Notes: generated from the sequence alone by a model not told the origin. 64,000 bases of DNA from Woeseiaceae bacterium (GCA_028277185.1 JANQGQ010000026.1:1-64000); one strand, 5' to 3'; counted from the first letter of the stretch, positions 9,972-18,068 are shown. Made by a program: numbers and translations.

Positions 9972-10814
9972 ATGCGCCTGGTCCTGATCTTGCTGGGTGC
10001 TGCCGCCGGCTTCTATGTGCTGCTCGGCGCCCTGTTGTTCTTCATGCAGGAACGAATGGTATTCCTGCCGAATCTGCCGGGCCGGACTCTCGAAGCTACG
10101 CCGCAACGCCTGGGTCTCGACTACGACGACGCGTTTTTCGAAACTGACGACGGCGTCGTCCTGCACGGCTGGTACGTTCATGCCCGCGACGCCCGCGGCA
10201 CGGTTCTCTTCTTTCATGGCAATGCCGGCAACATCTCGCACCGGCTCGACAGCATCGCTATTTTTGCCGCGCTGAGACTCGACGTGTTCATCGTCGACTA
10301 CCGCGGCTACGGACAAAGCGAGGGTACACCCGGCGAGCAGGGGACCTATCGCGACGCCGACGCGGCGTGGCGCTATCTCGTAAACGACCGGCAGCTCAAT
10401 CCTGACAGCATCGTTATCTTCGGCCGCTCGCTTGGCGGTGCGGTTGCCGCCGGACTTGCTGCCGAGACCGGCGCCGCGGCGCTGATCGTCGAGTCCAGCT
10501 TCACTTCCGCCGAAGACATGGCTGCGCGTCTTTACCCGTTCATGCCGGTGCGACTGCTGACGCGGCTCCGGTATCCGGTCGTCGAGTATGTGGCACACAA
10601 CCGCAATCCCGTGCTGATCGTGCACAGCCGCGACGACGAGATCGTTCCGTTTCACATGGGCGAGGAACTGTACCGCGCGGCATCCGAGCCGAAGGCGTTC
10701 CTCGAACTCAGCGGCGATCACAACGGGGCCTTTCTCCTCGACAGAGATCGCTACGTCGCCGGTCTCGATGCGTTCCTCGCGGCGCAACTCGACGAGCGCA
10801 CGAACCGTGATTGA
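9972..10814 (+). CDS. Membrane-anchored alpha/beta hydrolase (BEM46/YheT-like)
   Basis: N-terminal TM segment, FFHGNAGN, a GRSLGG nucleophile elbow, and a C-terminal Asp/His region. Confidence 0.7.
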   Translation: MRLVLILLGAAAGFYVLLGALLFFMQERMVFLPNLPGRTLEATPQRLGLDYDDAFFETDDGVVLHGWYVHARDARGTVLFFHGNAGNISHRLDSIAIFAALRLDVFIVDYRGYGQSEGTPGEQGTYRDADAAWRYLVNDRQLNPDSIVIFGRSLGGAVAAGLAAETGAAALIVESSFTSAEDMAARLYPFMPVRLLTRLRYPVVEYVAHNRNPVLIVHSRDDEIVPFHMGEELYRAASEPKAFLELSGDHNGAFLLDRDRYVAGLDAFLAAQLDERTNRD

Positions 10815-10869
10815 CAGCCTGCTGATCGATCTCGACGGTGTCTTCCACGAGGGCGGGATCCGTGCCAAC

Positions 10870-11811
10870 TCATGAACCCGTGCCGGCCGGGCCCTCGAAC
10901 TCGAGTACCTGAAACTTTGCTCTGGCCACCGCCTTCTTCGAGCAGTTCGTCCGGATTTTCTTGCTCATGAAGGCCGGTCGCCGATCCGTTTGTCTGAAGC
11001 AGAACCGCCTCGGCAGGCGCGAGTAGATCGAGCGCGGAGGCTGACGGTAGCCCGTACGCTTGATGGCGGCTCCCGATTCCGGCGTGTGATAGAAGATCGT
11101 CCGGATACCGAGTTCCCGGCGCAGGAACCAGACGCTTGCCGCCAGCATGGCCTCGTCCCAGTGCAGGTGCTTAGTCATCTCTTCGTCGAAGTACTCGATC
11201 ATCGCTTCCTTGTGCACCATGAAACCCCAGCGCCCAAAACGGCCGCGTGCCCGCTCGGCCTGCTGCCGGAACTCTTTTGCAAAGCGCAGCCAGTCCGTTT
11301 GTATCTCTTCGATCAGCGCTTCGCCGTTCCCGAGGTCCACGTCGAATCTCGACCAGGCAAGCGTCGACCGCCGCTTCTCGATGACCGGATGGTCGAAACA
11401 CACGAACGGCATCTCGCCTTCCGGATCCACGAGCTGACGGTAAGCCTGATCGTGCTCGGGTGGGAAGTTGAGTTGCAGCACCAGGTTGTAACCGCGCCGC
11501 GTCGTTTGCATCCACCAGTCTTTGTTGGAACCCCACGTATCGAGCGTAAGCGAGTACGACTCCGGCGATGCGGCTACGCGGTACTCAAACGCATCGCGGG
11601 GCACCGCCCGGCCGCGGTGCTCAGCGAAAACCGATTTGACGACTGCTTTGTCGAGCAGTTGCGAGAATGTCGAACGCTTTACCTGACGCTTCCCGATCTC
11701 ATCGCCCAACATGCCGAGTAGCAAAAAGGCATAGCGGTCCCTGAAGTACCAGAACGGAGTCTGGCCTTTCGGCAGACAGTCGATGATCTCTTGTACCTCT
11801 GTGAGCTGCAT
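10870..11811 (-). CDS. Hypothetical protein (313 aa), no recognisable domain
   Basis: Long ORF directly downstream of the HNH gene on the same strand with a 27-nt gap; no clear SD. Confidence 0.5.
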   Translation of the reverse strand: MQLTEVQEIIDCLPKGQTPFWYFRDRYAFLLLGMLGDEIGKRQVKRSTFSQLLDKAVVKSVFAEHRGRAVPRDAFEYRVAASPESYSLTLDTWGSNKDWWMQTTRRGYNLVLQLNFPPEHDQAYRQLVDPEGEMPFVCFDHPVIEKRRSTLAWSRFDVDLGNGEALIEEIQTDWLRFAKEFRQQAERARGRFGRWGFMVHKEAMIEYFDEEMTKHLHWDEAMLAASVWFLRRELGIRTIFYHTPESGAAIKRTGYRQPPRSIYSRLPRRFCFRQTDRRPAFMSKKIRTNCSKKAVARAKFQVLEFEGPAGTGS

Positions 11812-11838
11812 GATCGTTGTCGATAAAGAAAGGACACC

Positions 11839-12450
11839 TCAGTCGGTGCCATTGATGTTGGCCGCGCACGCTACGCCGTCGGCCCCGGGTACGCGCAGTC
11901 GGCTGCCGGAGCCGACCCGCGTCCGCAGAAACTCCATCTGATCCGCGAGGATCAGCCGATTTTCCAGAATCAGCCCTTCGGCGCGGTTGGGTGCATACGG
12001 CACGGCCAGCAGCCGCATACCGATGGCCGCGAGGGCGTGATTGTCTTTTCTCTGGTTGCATGGCCTGCATGCGGTCACTACGCTTTCCCACTCATCGAGC
12101 CCGCCGGCGGACACCGGCACGACGTGGTCCCGGGTCAACAGCTCAGTCGGCAGCACTTCGCCGCAGTAGAGACACATGTAGTCGTCACGCCGGAACAGCC
12201 GCGGATTCGTGAGGGCCGGTGTACCAGCCCAGCCGTCGGCAGCTTTGTCGACCGCAGTCGTCGCGACGATCGAATTCACACGCAGTACCGACCGCAGCCC
12301 AGTGCGCCGCGAGTAGCCGCCGCGAAGAACGACATCCTCACGGCCCGCTTCCCAAGCGATTTGCTCGCGGCAGTACAGCAGCGCTCCGCCCTCGCGTGAA
12401 ATCCACGCTATTGGCCGCCCGCCGACGTCTAGTTTCAAGATTCTCGTCAT
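11839..12450 (-). CDS. HNH endonuclease
   Basis: HNH core (CLYCGEVLPTELLTRDHVVPVSAGG…ACRPCNQRKDNH). Start placed at MTRILKL (ATG at 12448-12450) to avoid overlap with the upstream tRNA-like gene. Confidence 0.65.
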   Translation of the reverse strand: MTRILKLDVGGRPIAWISREGGALLYCREQIAWEAGREDVVLRGGYSRRTGLRSVLRVNSIVATTAVDKAADGWAGTPALTNPRLFRRDDYMCLYCGEVLPTELLTRDHVVPVSAGGLDEWESVVTACRPCNQRKDNHALAAIGMRLLAVPYAPNRAEGLILENRLILADQMEFLRTRVGSGSRLRVPGADGVACAANINGTD

Positions 12451-12492
12451 CACCGTTTCCCAGGGTAACAATGCGAATTGTGTAGACAGGGT

Positions 12493-12571
12493 TTGGTAGC
12501 CGCCCTCGGAGTCGAACCGAGAAACACCTGTTTCTGAGACAGGCAGGTATGCCAAATTCCCTTCAGACGGC
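12493..12571 (-). tRNA. tRNA-like gene of class I size with anticodon CAG (a leucine codon reader but no long variable arm); CCA encoded
   Basis: Hand fold: acceptor GGCCGTC/GGCGGCT (two G·U pairs), anticodon arm CCTGT-CTCAGAA-ACAGG, T-arm CTCGG-TTCGACT-CCGAG, discriminator A, CCA. The D-arm is weak and the D-loop is 12 nt. Confidence 0.45.
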
Positions 12572-12619
12572 CGGAGTGTTAGGTGGGAGGGTGCATTGCA
12601 CACCCTCCCGGGTGCCGAA

Positions 12620-13763
12620 TCACTGTTTGATGTTCACCAGTCCATTCAGCAGAGCGTCGAGACCGCCCACGACAGACAGATCACCGACGTTCTCGGTAAT
12701 CTTCTCGAGAGTCTCCAGCTCTTTGAGACGCAGCGCGACGTTGTTGCTTTCCATCACTTTCGCGGTGTTCAGCAGCGAACGGGTTGCGTTGGTCTCTTCA
12801 CGGCGACGAATGACGTTTGCCTGCGCCGCCTTTTCGGCTTCCACCACCTTGCCGAGCAGGTCTTTCATGTCACCCGGCAGGATGATGTCCTTGACGCCTA
12901 CGCTGATCACGCTGAGGCCGATCTCAGCGAAGCGCTTGCCGAGATGCTCCGCGATGTCGCGGTCGATCGCGGTCTTGTCCTCGAGCAGCGCATCCAGCTT
13001 GCGGGTGCCCACCGCCGCGCGCAGGCCGAACTGGATCTCTTTGTAGAGCTGGTCCAGCGGGTCCTTGAACGCGCGAACGGCTTTCGCCGCATCGACGTAC
13101 TGGTAGGTCGCGGTTACGTTGATACGCAGCGCAACCTTGTCCTTGGTCAGAATCTCCTGACCCTGGACTTCCAGCGCCTTGATGCGAAGGTCCACGAGCT
13201 CCACGGTCACGGCGTGTGCAACGTTCCAGTAGGCGTGCAGGCCGGCTGCGAGGGTGTCGGTGAGTTCACCGTCCACGTACAGCAGGCCAATGTGGCCGTC
13301 CGGAACAATGCGTGCGTAGACTGCCGCGTCAGCGACCGCCATTACGCGCGCGTTGCTGCCGATCACGAGGCGCTTCGTCAGGCGCGCATCCAGCGCGATG
13401 CCCTCGTTGAGGTCAAAGCGTTCGATGCGCACTTTCACCACGCCCTTCCAGTAGAGCGCGCGCTCCGCCGGGCCGAGCACGGCTGCCGCACGCTCGTTGA
13501 GGTAGATCAGCGCGACTTCGTCAGCGCCGGTCTCAACGATGTGGAACAGTCGCTCTACCTCGTCGCGCTCCGCCTCGACCAGGTAGTCGATCAGGCGGTG
13601 CTCGAACGCAGCGTCCGACAGGTCGAAGCGCTGTACCGCGTAGCGGCCGGTGCGGCCGAAGTAACGATACGTACCCGCATCGAGAAATTTGATGAAGTCT
13701 CCGTCCTTGAACAGGAGACCGCGTTCGTGCTTGCGCACGATGAACTTGCTGATGAACCACATG
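12620..13763 (-). CDS. SPFH/band-7 (slipin-family) protein
   Basis: Slipin-type N-terminus (MWFISKFIVRKHERGLLFKDGDF) and SPFH core. AAGGAG SD sits 8 nt upstream of the ATG at 13761-13763. The ORF-track start at 13984 is probably an artefact. Confidence 0.7.
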
Positions 13764-14253
13764 GTGCGTTCTCCTTCTCTTAATAAATCCGTCGGAAGAC
13801 GGACGATTTTTCGGCCGCGATACGTGCGTCGGTCCGGCCGCAGCATACGGGCTGGTCCTTCGCGCGTGGATGCGCCGCTCCATTTTCGCCAGTCGCTTAA
13901 GACCAGCCACTTTCGATCACCTCCTTTGTTGCGTTCACGCCTCTGCGTGATGGTTGACGATGTGAGATCGTCCCGGTCAGCCATGACCGGGACGCAAATG
14001 TGTGCGCCCGCTATCGCAGGAGTACCGCGGAGCGGCGGCGCCGGCCAACCGGGCGAGCGGCGCCCGAGGCGTCGGCCGTCGACCGCGAACGGCGAAGCGT
14101 TCGCGAGCGTCAGGCGGAAGCCACGGAGACCGCTGGCCGGATTGGCCCGGCGGATCGTCGTCGGCGACAGTCGTGCTGCGCGGACGGCCCGGGCATTCCT
14201 TGCGGAGGCCTGGGCGTCGTTGCCGATAGCGGACGCGGGTGGGGCGATACCTT

Positions 14254-14317
14254 CGCCATAGGGCGGATTCGAACCGCAGGCTTTGGGGCCTTTGCCTTGA
14301 GACCGCGTCGCGGTCAG
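14254..14317 (-). pseudogene. 3' tRNA fragment (T-arm plus acceptor 3' strand, no 5' half)
   Basis: TGCGG-TTCGAAT-CCGCC T-arm followed by CTATGGC-G. There is no room for a 5' half before the adjacent tRNA-Ile 3' end. Confidence 0.25.
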
Positions 14318-14318
14318 G

Positions 14319-14391
14319 TTGGAAATGCAAGACTCGAACTTGCGACTTCAGGTTATCAGCCTGATGCTCTAACCAACTGAGCTAATTTCCC
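14319..14391 (-). tRNA. tRNA-Ile(GAT)
   Basis: GGGAAAT-TA-GCTC…GAGC, anticodon loop CTGATAA, T-loop TTCGAGT. Apparent G1·A72 mismatch; CCA not encoded. Confidence 0.65.
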
Positions 14392-14503
14392 GTAGGCGGC
14401 TGAGTGCTAACGATACGCTCGGTACACACCGTGCGATGGGAGCTTGAGTGCGCCAGACGGGATCAAAACCCGAACCGCTGAACGCCGCTTGCAAGCTCAA
14501 CCC

Positions 14504-14580
14504 TGGTAGCCCGAGTCGGATTCGAACCGACGACCTCCGCTTTGTAAGAGCGGCGCTCTGACCAACTGAGCTATCGGACA
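14504..14580 (-). tRNA. tRNA-Val(TAC)
   Basis: Anticodon arm CCGCT-CTTACAA-AGCGG, T-arm GTCGG-TTCGAAT-CCGAC, CCA encoded. Position 1:72 is T·T. Confidence 0.7.
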
Positions 14581-14583
14581 ACA

Positions 14584-14729
14584 TGGTGCGGGCAGTGGAG
14601 ATTGAACGCAAGCGACGCTTGCTCGTCGTCGCTACGCGACAACGTCTGTCGCAGCGCTGCGCGCTGCTCGGTTGAGTCCACAACCCCGACGGTGGCGCCG
14701 TCGTGCTCTACCGATTGAGCTATGCCCGC
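14584..14729 (-). tRNA. tRNA-Gly(GCC)-like gene interrupted by a roughly 70-nt structured insertion between the T-stem 5' strand and the T-loop
   Basis: The 5' part (GCGGGCATAGCTCAATCGGTAGAGCACGACG-GCGCCAC-CGTCG-GGGTT-GTGGA) is a near-copy of E. coli tRNA-Gly(GCC). The 3' part (…TTCAATC-TCCAC-TGCCCGC-A-CCA) pairs perfectly with the 5' acceptor and the T-stem. The 70-nt insert between them contains three palindromic hairpins. C33 replaces the usual U33. Confidence 0.45.
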
Positions 14730-14736
14730 ATTGAAC

Positions 14737-14810
14737 TGGTCCGCCCTGAGAGAATCGAACTCCCGTCACCTGGGTAAAAGCCAGGTGCACAGCCACTATG
14801 CCAAGAGCGG
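14737..14810 (-). tRNA. tRNA-Lys(TTT)
   Basis: Canonical cloverleaf: CCGCTCT acceptor, anticodon loop CTTTTAC, T-loop TTCGATT, CCA encoded. Confidence 0.8.
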
Positions 14811-14919
14811 TAAAGCAGAAACTGGACCGCACAGTTTAACCCCTTTGCCAGATCATCGACTTCCGCCTCTTTCTGCGGGCGCACCGCAAAGAGCCTAGGT
14901 CGCAGCGCTTGACTAGGAG

Positions 14920-15162
14920 TTGTCCAATCAAGCTGATCGAACCGGTCAGGGTCTGGCGCCTAAACTTCCATCTGAAATCAATCGGCAGACGCTTGACCGG
15001 CTGGTTTCAGGGTACTATCAACTTCTGCGACGAAGTCAAAATGGCCGTTCACAACTAATCCCCGTATCGGGCGATATGCTCCAATACGCGAACGAAAAAG
15101 TACTTAGGAGTCCACTATCAACTCCGTCTCAGATTATGTGCAGCGACACCGCTCGGGTGTAA
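14920..15162 (+). CDS. Small hypothetical ORF (80 aa) overlapping the start of the protease gene
   Basis: ORF-track only, low GC, different frame from the downstream protease. It may be a separate small gene or a leader. Confidence 0.2.
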   Translation: MSNQADRTGQGLAPKLPSEINRQTLDRLVSGYYQLLRRSQNGRSQLIPVSGDMLQYANEKVLRSPLSTPSQIMCSDTARV

Positions 15163-15908
15163 TACACATACAATTCTTCCGGGCGGCCATGAGAATCGGC
15201 TCTGGCTCAGGTTTCTTGACTAACGACAAGCTGATCACGAACTTCCACGTATTCAACGCCCCGCCTGATGTAGAAGTAAGGTTAGGTTGGCAGCCTGACG
15301 AAGACGCTAGATCAAGGCAGGAACTCAGTGTCTCGTATAGTGAATTCTCTGGCTGGATGATATCGGGCTCGGATGAGGACCACTACGACTTTGCCATTCT
15401 TGATGGAGGTGAGTTGCCCTTGAGCAATCTGGCACAGTTTTCCTTCAATCTCCCGAGTAAACGTCTTGTCGGTCGTGATGTGCTGTTTCTGGGCTTTCCA
15501 TTAGAGCATTCAAACCTAGTCTGTCATCGGGGCATGATTTCCTCTACGTATCGAAATGCAGGCGTCGACATTATTCAGATTGACGCGAGCGTCAACCAGA
15601 GCAATTCTGGCGGCCCATTAGTCGACCTCGACACGGAGAACGTAATCGGAATAATTACACGAAAGGGTACTGGGCTATCTAAGCTGTTCGATGATCTAAT
15701 GAGAGCTTTCGATACCAACATTCAAGTTTTGACGGCAGGCGGGGCCAACATCTCCATGGGTGGAATCGACTTGAAGCAAGCGCTTACTGCAGGCCAAGCA
15801 CAAGTGAAGCAGCTATCGGCCGAGATTTTGAGGTCCGCCAACGTCGGAATAGGATACGCGTTCTCATCCGCGCAGATCCTCAACGACAACTCCATGCACG
15901 ACAAGTGA
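15138..15908 (+). CDS. Trypsin-like (S1/chymotrypsin-fold) serine protease, cytoplasmic, lower-GC gene
   Basis: Catalytic triad motifs TNFHVF (His), HYDFAILD (Asp) and SNSGGPLVD (Ser); no signal peptide. GC is visibly lower (about 50%) than the flanking DNA. Alternative start at 15189 (MRIGSGSGF). Confidence 0.65.
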   Translation: MQRHRSGVIHIQFFRAAMRIGSGSGFLTNDKLITNFHVFNAPPDVEVRLGWQPDEDARSRQELSVSYSEFSGWMISGSDEDHYDFAILDGGELPLSNLAQFSFNLPSKRLVGRDVLFLGFPLEHSNLVCHRGMISSTYRNAGVDIIQIDASVNQSNSGGPLVDLDTENVIGIITRKGTGLSKLFDDLMRAFDTNIQVLTAGGANISMGGIDLKQALTAGQAQVKQLSAEILRSANVGIGYAFSSAQILNDNSMHDK

Positions 15909-16118
15909 CGACTTGTCTTAGGGTTGATCCAGTGTTCGCTATTGGCCGAAAGTTGACCGACACCACCGCTTTGGTCAAGCCGCCACTGTAGGTCAAACGG
16001 ACACACAGCCCTAGCGATAAGTAGGCGTCTGAGTCTGCGATTGACAGGCGGTTGTTCATCACGCAATGCGACGGTGTTAATCCGTTACTCTGATTCAAGA
16101 AGTCGCGGGTAGATATGA

Positions 16119-16205
16119 CGGAGAAGCCAGGATTCGAACCTAGGTGGGACGCCTGGCCCCTCCCGTTTAGCAAACGAGCGCCTTAAACCACTCGGCCACT
16201 TCTCC
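16119..16205 (-). tRNA. tRNA-Ser(GCT)
   Basis: Class II, 87 nt: GGAGAAG acceptor, anticodon loop TTGCTAA, long variable arm, discriminator G; CCA not encoded. Confidence 0.8.
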
Positions 16206-16212
16206 ATGGTTT

Positions 16213-16288
16213 TGGGGTGAATGAACGGACTCGAACCGATATCAACCAGGGTCACGGCCTGGGGCTTTGCCATTAAGCTACACTCACC
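16213..16288 (-). tRNA. tRNA-His(GTG)
   Basis: Extra G-1 pairing with C73 (the hallmark of tRNA-His), anticodon loop CCGTGAC, CCA encoded. Confidence 0.85.
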
Positions 16289-16297
16289 GTCGTTAGT

Positions 16298-16385
16298 TGG
16301 CGGAGACTGGGAGGATCGAACTCCCAAACCCGTAAGGGCATCACCGGGTTCAAGCCGGATAAGCACGCCAGCCTTGCGAGTCTCC
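16298..16385 (-). tRNA. tRNA-Ser(TGA)
   Basis: Class II, 88 nt, anticodon loop CTTGAAC, T-arm GGGAG-TTCGATC-CTCCC, CCA encoded. Confidence 0.8.
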
Positions 16386-16395
16386 CTATAGAATT

Positions 16396-16473
16396 TGGTC
16401 TGGAAGGCTGGATTCGAACCAGCGCTGTCTCGGTTCCAAGCCGAGTACTCTGACCAGGCTGAGCTACTTCCAG
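16396..16473 (-). tRNA. tRNA-Pro(TGG)
   Basis: CTGGAAG acceptor, anticodon arm CTCGG-CTTGGAA-CCGAG, T-loop TTCGAAT, CCA encoded. Confidence 0.85.
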
Positions 16474-16479
16474 AAAAAG

Positions 16480-16555
16480 TGGTAGACCGAGGCTGAATTG
16501 CACAGCCGACCTCGCGAATATCAGTCGCGCGCTCTGCTTCCTGAGCTATCGGTCT
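16480..16555 (-). tRNA. Second tRNA-Ile(GAT)-like gene with a non-canonical T-loop (TGCAATT)
   Basis: Perfect acceptor AGACCGA/TCGGTCT, anticodon arm CGCGA-CTGATAT-TCGCG, CCA encoded. The T-loop has G at position 55 instead of the near-universal T/Psi. Confidence 0.55.
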
Positions 16556-16561
16556 ACAGAG

Positions 16562-16789
16562 TCATGACGCCAGAGGAACGAACGATCCTTCTCTGATCGC
16601 GCGCCGTATGTAGCGCATGAAGAGAATCGCCTTGTCTTCGAGCTCGAGGGTGGCGTCGCCGATGTCCTCGAGCGGAACAGGAAAGATGTAGTTGCCTTCG
16701 GCGGGTACGTTGACGCCGTAATAGGCAATCCCTTGGCGATACCGAACGAATCGAACGGTATTGTCTTTCACAATATCCTTGATGTTCAT
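16562..16789 (-). CDS. Small hypothetical protein (75 aa) embedded between tRNA genes
   Basis: ATG at 16787-16789 with a strong GGAGG SD 5 nt upstream. The ORF-track version (to 16882) runs into tRNA-Glu and is rejected. Confidence 0.5.
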   Translation of the reverse strand: MNIKDIVKDNTVRFVRYRQGIAYYGVNVPAEGNYIFPVPLEDIGDATLELEDKAILFMRYIRRAIREGSFVPLAS

Positions 16790-16811
16790 AGTGCCTCCGA
16801 AGACATGTTGA

Positions 16812-16887
16812 ATGGTGATCCGGACAGGATTTGAACCTGCAATCCCGAGGTTGAAAGCCTCGTGGCTTAACCATTCGCCCACCGGAT
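16812..16887 (-). tRNA. tRNA-Glu(TTC)
   Basis: GATCCGG acceptor, anticodon arm CGAGG-CTTTCAA-CCTCG, T-loop TTCAAAT, CCA encoded. Confidence 0.8.
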
Positions 16888-17297
16888 CGGTGATGCGGCG
16901 CTGCGGAGCGACAATCCGGCGCTCCGCCGTTGAGCTTCCGCAGCCAAATAGGAGACGGCCGAGACTAAGCCGTTTACAGCTACCCTTTGGCGGGAGTACC
17001 TGCCGCTTGCACGGCGGCAGTTGCCCGCTTGTCCACCGCCGCCCGGCCTGAGCCGACGCGACAGTAGATAGCCATGACTGCCTTTTTTGGAGTGAGGCGG
17101 TTCACTCGTCGTACGCATCTAGTCGGCAGTTTGCTTACCGTGAGCCTTGCGAGGCTCTGAATGGGGGCTACCCAACCGTGCGGCGCACTGCCAAGATCGG
17201 AACAGCTTGCGGCTGTTCAAACCGCCGAATTGCCGGAAGGCTTCGGCCTTAAGCCACTTTCGACACGTACCGAGGCGCGTCTTTGCGTTTCACATGT

Positions 17298-17372
17298 TGG
17301 TGCGTAATGCGGGATTCGAACCCGCGACCAATCGCTTTGGAGCGATAGCTCTCTCCACTGAGCTAAAAACGC
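17298..17372 (-). tRNA. Aberrant tRNA-like gene: anticodon stem ATCGC/GCGAT encloses a 6-nt loop TCCAAA (or an 8-nt loop with a 4-bp stem); CAA-type anticodon region; two T·T mismatches in the acceptor
   Basis: Good D-arm (GCTC-AGTGGAGA-GAGC), tmRNA-like T-arm GCGGG-TTCGAAT-CCCGC, ACCA 3' end; 5' acceptor GCGTTTT versus 3' ATTACGC. Confidence 0.4.
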
Positions 17373-17906
17373 AAACCCCATTTCGACGTGCGCGCCTCAG
17401 TCGCTTCGTCGCCTTTTGGACGACGAAATACGACACGCCGAGTATCGTTCACCTGCCGGCTACTTGATCGACGACGAGGACGCTGGCTGCACACCAGAAC
17501 CCTTGCCGTCTGCACAGTCGCACTTGCTTGCAAGGCTCGTACTCACTGCACTATTCGTTACCCCTCACGGTTGACGATGTTGGTATAGTGGGTTGCACCA
17601 CCACGTGTTCTTTGGCGGACCTGCATTCCCGGCGATCGCCGGTGCATCAGTCACGTTACTTCCGCGCATCGCTTGGCCGCTATCCCCGATACAGTCGAGG
17701 ACTCGGAGGCCGAATTGCCTGGAGTGACCGAAACCTCGGGTTCCGGCGAAACGCCATGGGAGCGTCCCTTTCTCGCCGTTGCCGACGGTTAGCAGCGCCA
17801 GGCCGCTAAACAGGCCTCGACCGAAGTCGATGACCTTGAATTCAGTGATCAATCGAACCTTGAAGGCTGGGCTTCGACGGCTCTGCTGGGTCCTTTGCCT
17901 GGGATC

Positions 17907-17981
17907 TGGTGCCGACGAATGGTAACGATCCACTCTCTCCGGGGCTTCAACCCGGCGCTAATCCTTCTCAGCTACATCGGC
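17907..17981 (-). tRNA. tRNA-Phe(GAA) with an unusual T-loop (ATCGTTA)
   Basis: Acceptor GCCGATG/CGTCGGC, anticodon arm CCGGG-TTGAAGC-CCCGG, CCA encoded. Confidence 0.65.
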
Positions 17982-17995
17982 GTTGTTGGAGGATC

Positions 17996-18068
17996 TGGAA
18001 CCCTCTGAAAGAATCGAACTTTCATAAGCAGCGTTCGAAGCGCCGCCACCGGGTCCACCGGAGAGGGT
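17996..18068 (-). tRNA. Aberrant tRNA-like gene, anticodon region TCG (Arg-type), non-standard D-arm
   Basis: Perfect acceptor ACCCTCT/AGAGGGT, T-arm GAAAG-TTCGATT-CTTTC, discriminator T, CCA. The anticodon stem carries G·U pairs around loop CTTCGAA. The D region folds only as a CCGG/CCGG hairpin with no 8-9 spacer. Confidence 0.4.

Noticed and set aside
9855-10868. 337-aa minus-strand ORF, and 9467..9973 on the minus strand
   Set aside because: Antisense to the alpha/beta hydrolase and to vsr respectively; the Vsr plus frame has an unambiguous family match.
12493-12571. Interpreting the CAG tRNA-like gene as merely a 3' att-site fragment
   Set aside because: A full 5' acceptor strand (GGCCGTC, pairing with two G·U wobbles) and a D-region are present, so the gene is probably full-length. 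No identical T-arm copy exists elsewhere in the window to act as a parent tRNA.
12596-13783. 395-aa plus-strand ORF covering the same DNA as the slipin gene
   Set aside because: Antisense to a gene with a clear SPFH signature and an AAGGAG SD; no domain hits on the plus frame; typical high-GC antisense ORF.
14000-14380. Short plus-strand ORFs (126 aa, 75 aa) and minus-strand ORFs in 13.8-14.9 kb
   Set aside because: They overlap tRNA genes or lie in GC-rich spacer DNA, with Arg/Gly/Pro-rich translations and no SD.
16888-17297. Possible tmRNA, RNase P RNA or SRP RNA in the large spacers of the tRNA array
   Set aside because: I searched both strands for the conserved P4 (GGAAAGTCCGG / ACAGAACCCGGCTTA) motifs of RNase P, the tmRNA tag-reading-frame and 3' tRNA-like end, and the SRP GGAAGCAGCCAAGGCAG motif. 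None was found. The tmRNA-like T-arm at 17298-17372 belongs to a 75-nt tRNA-like gene, not to a 360-nt tmRNA.
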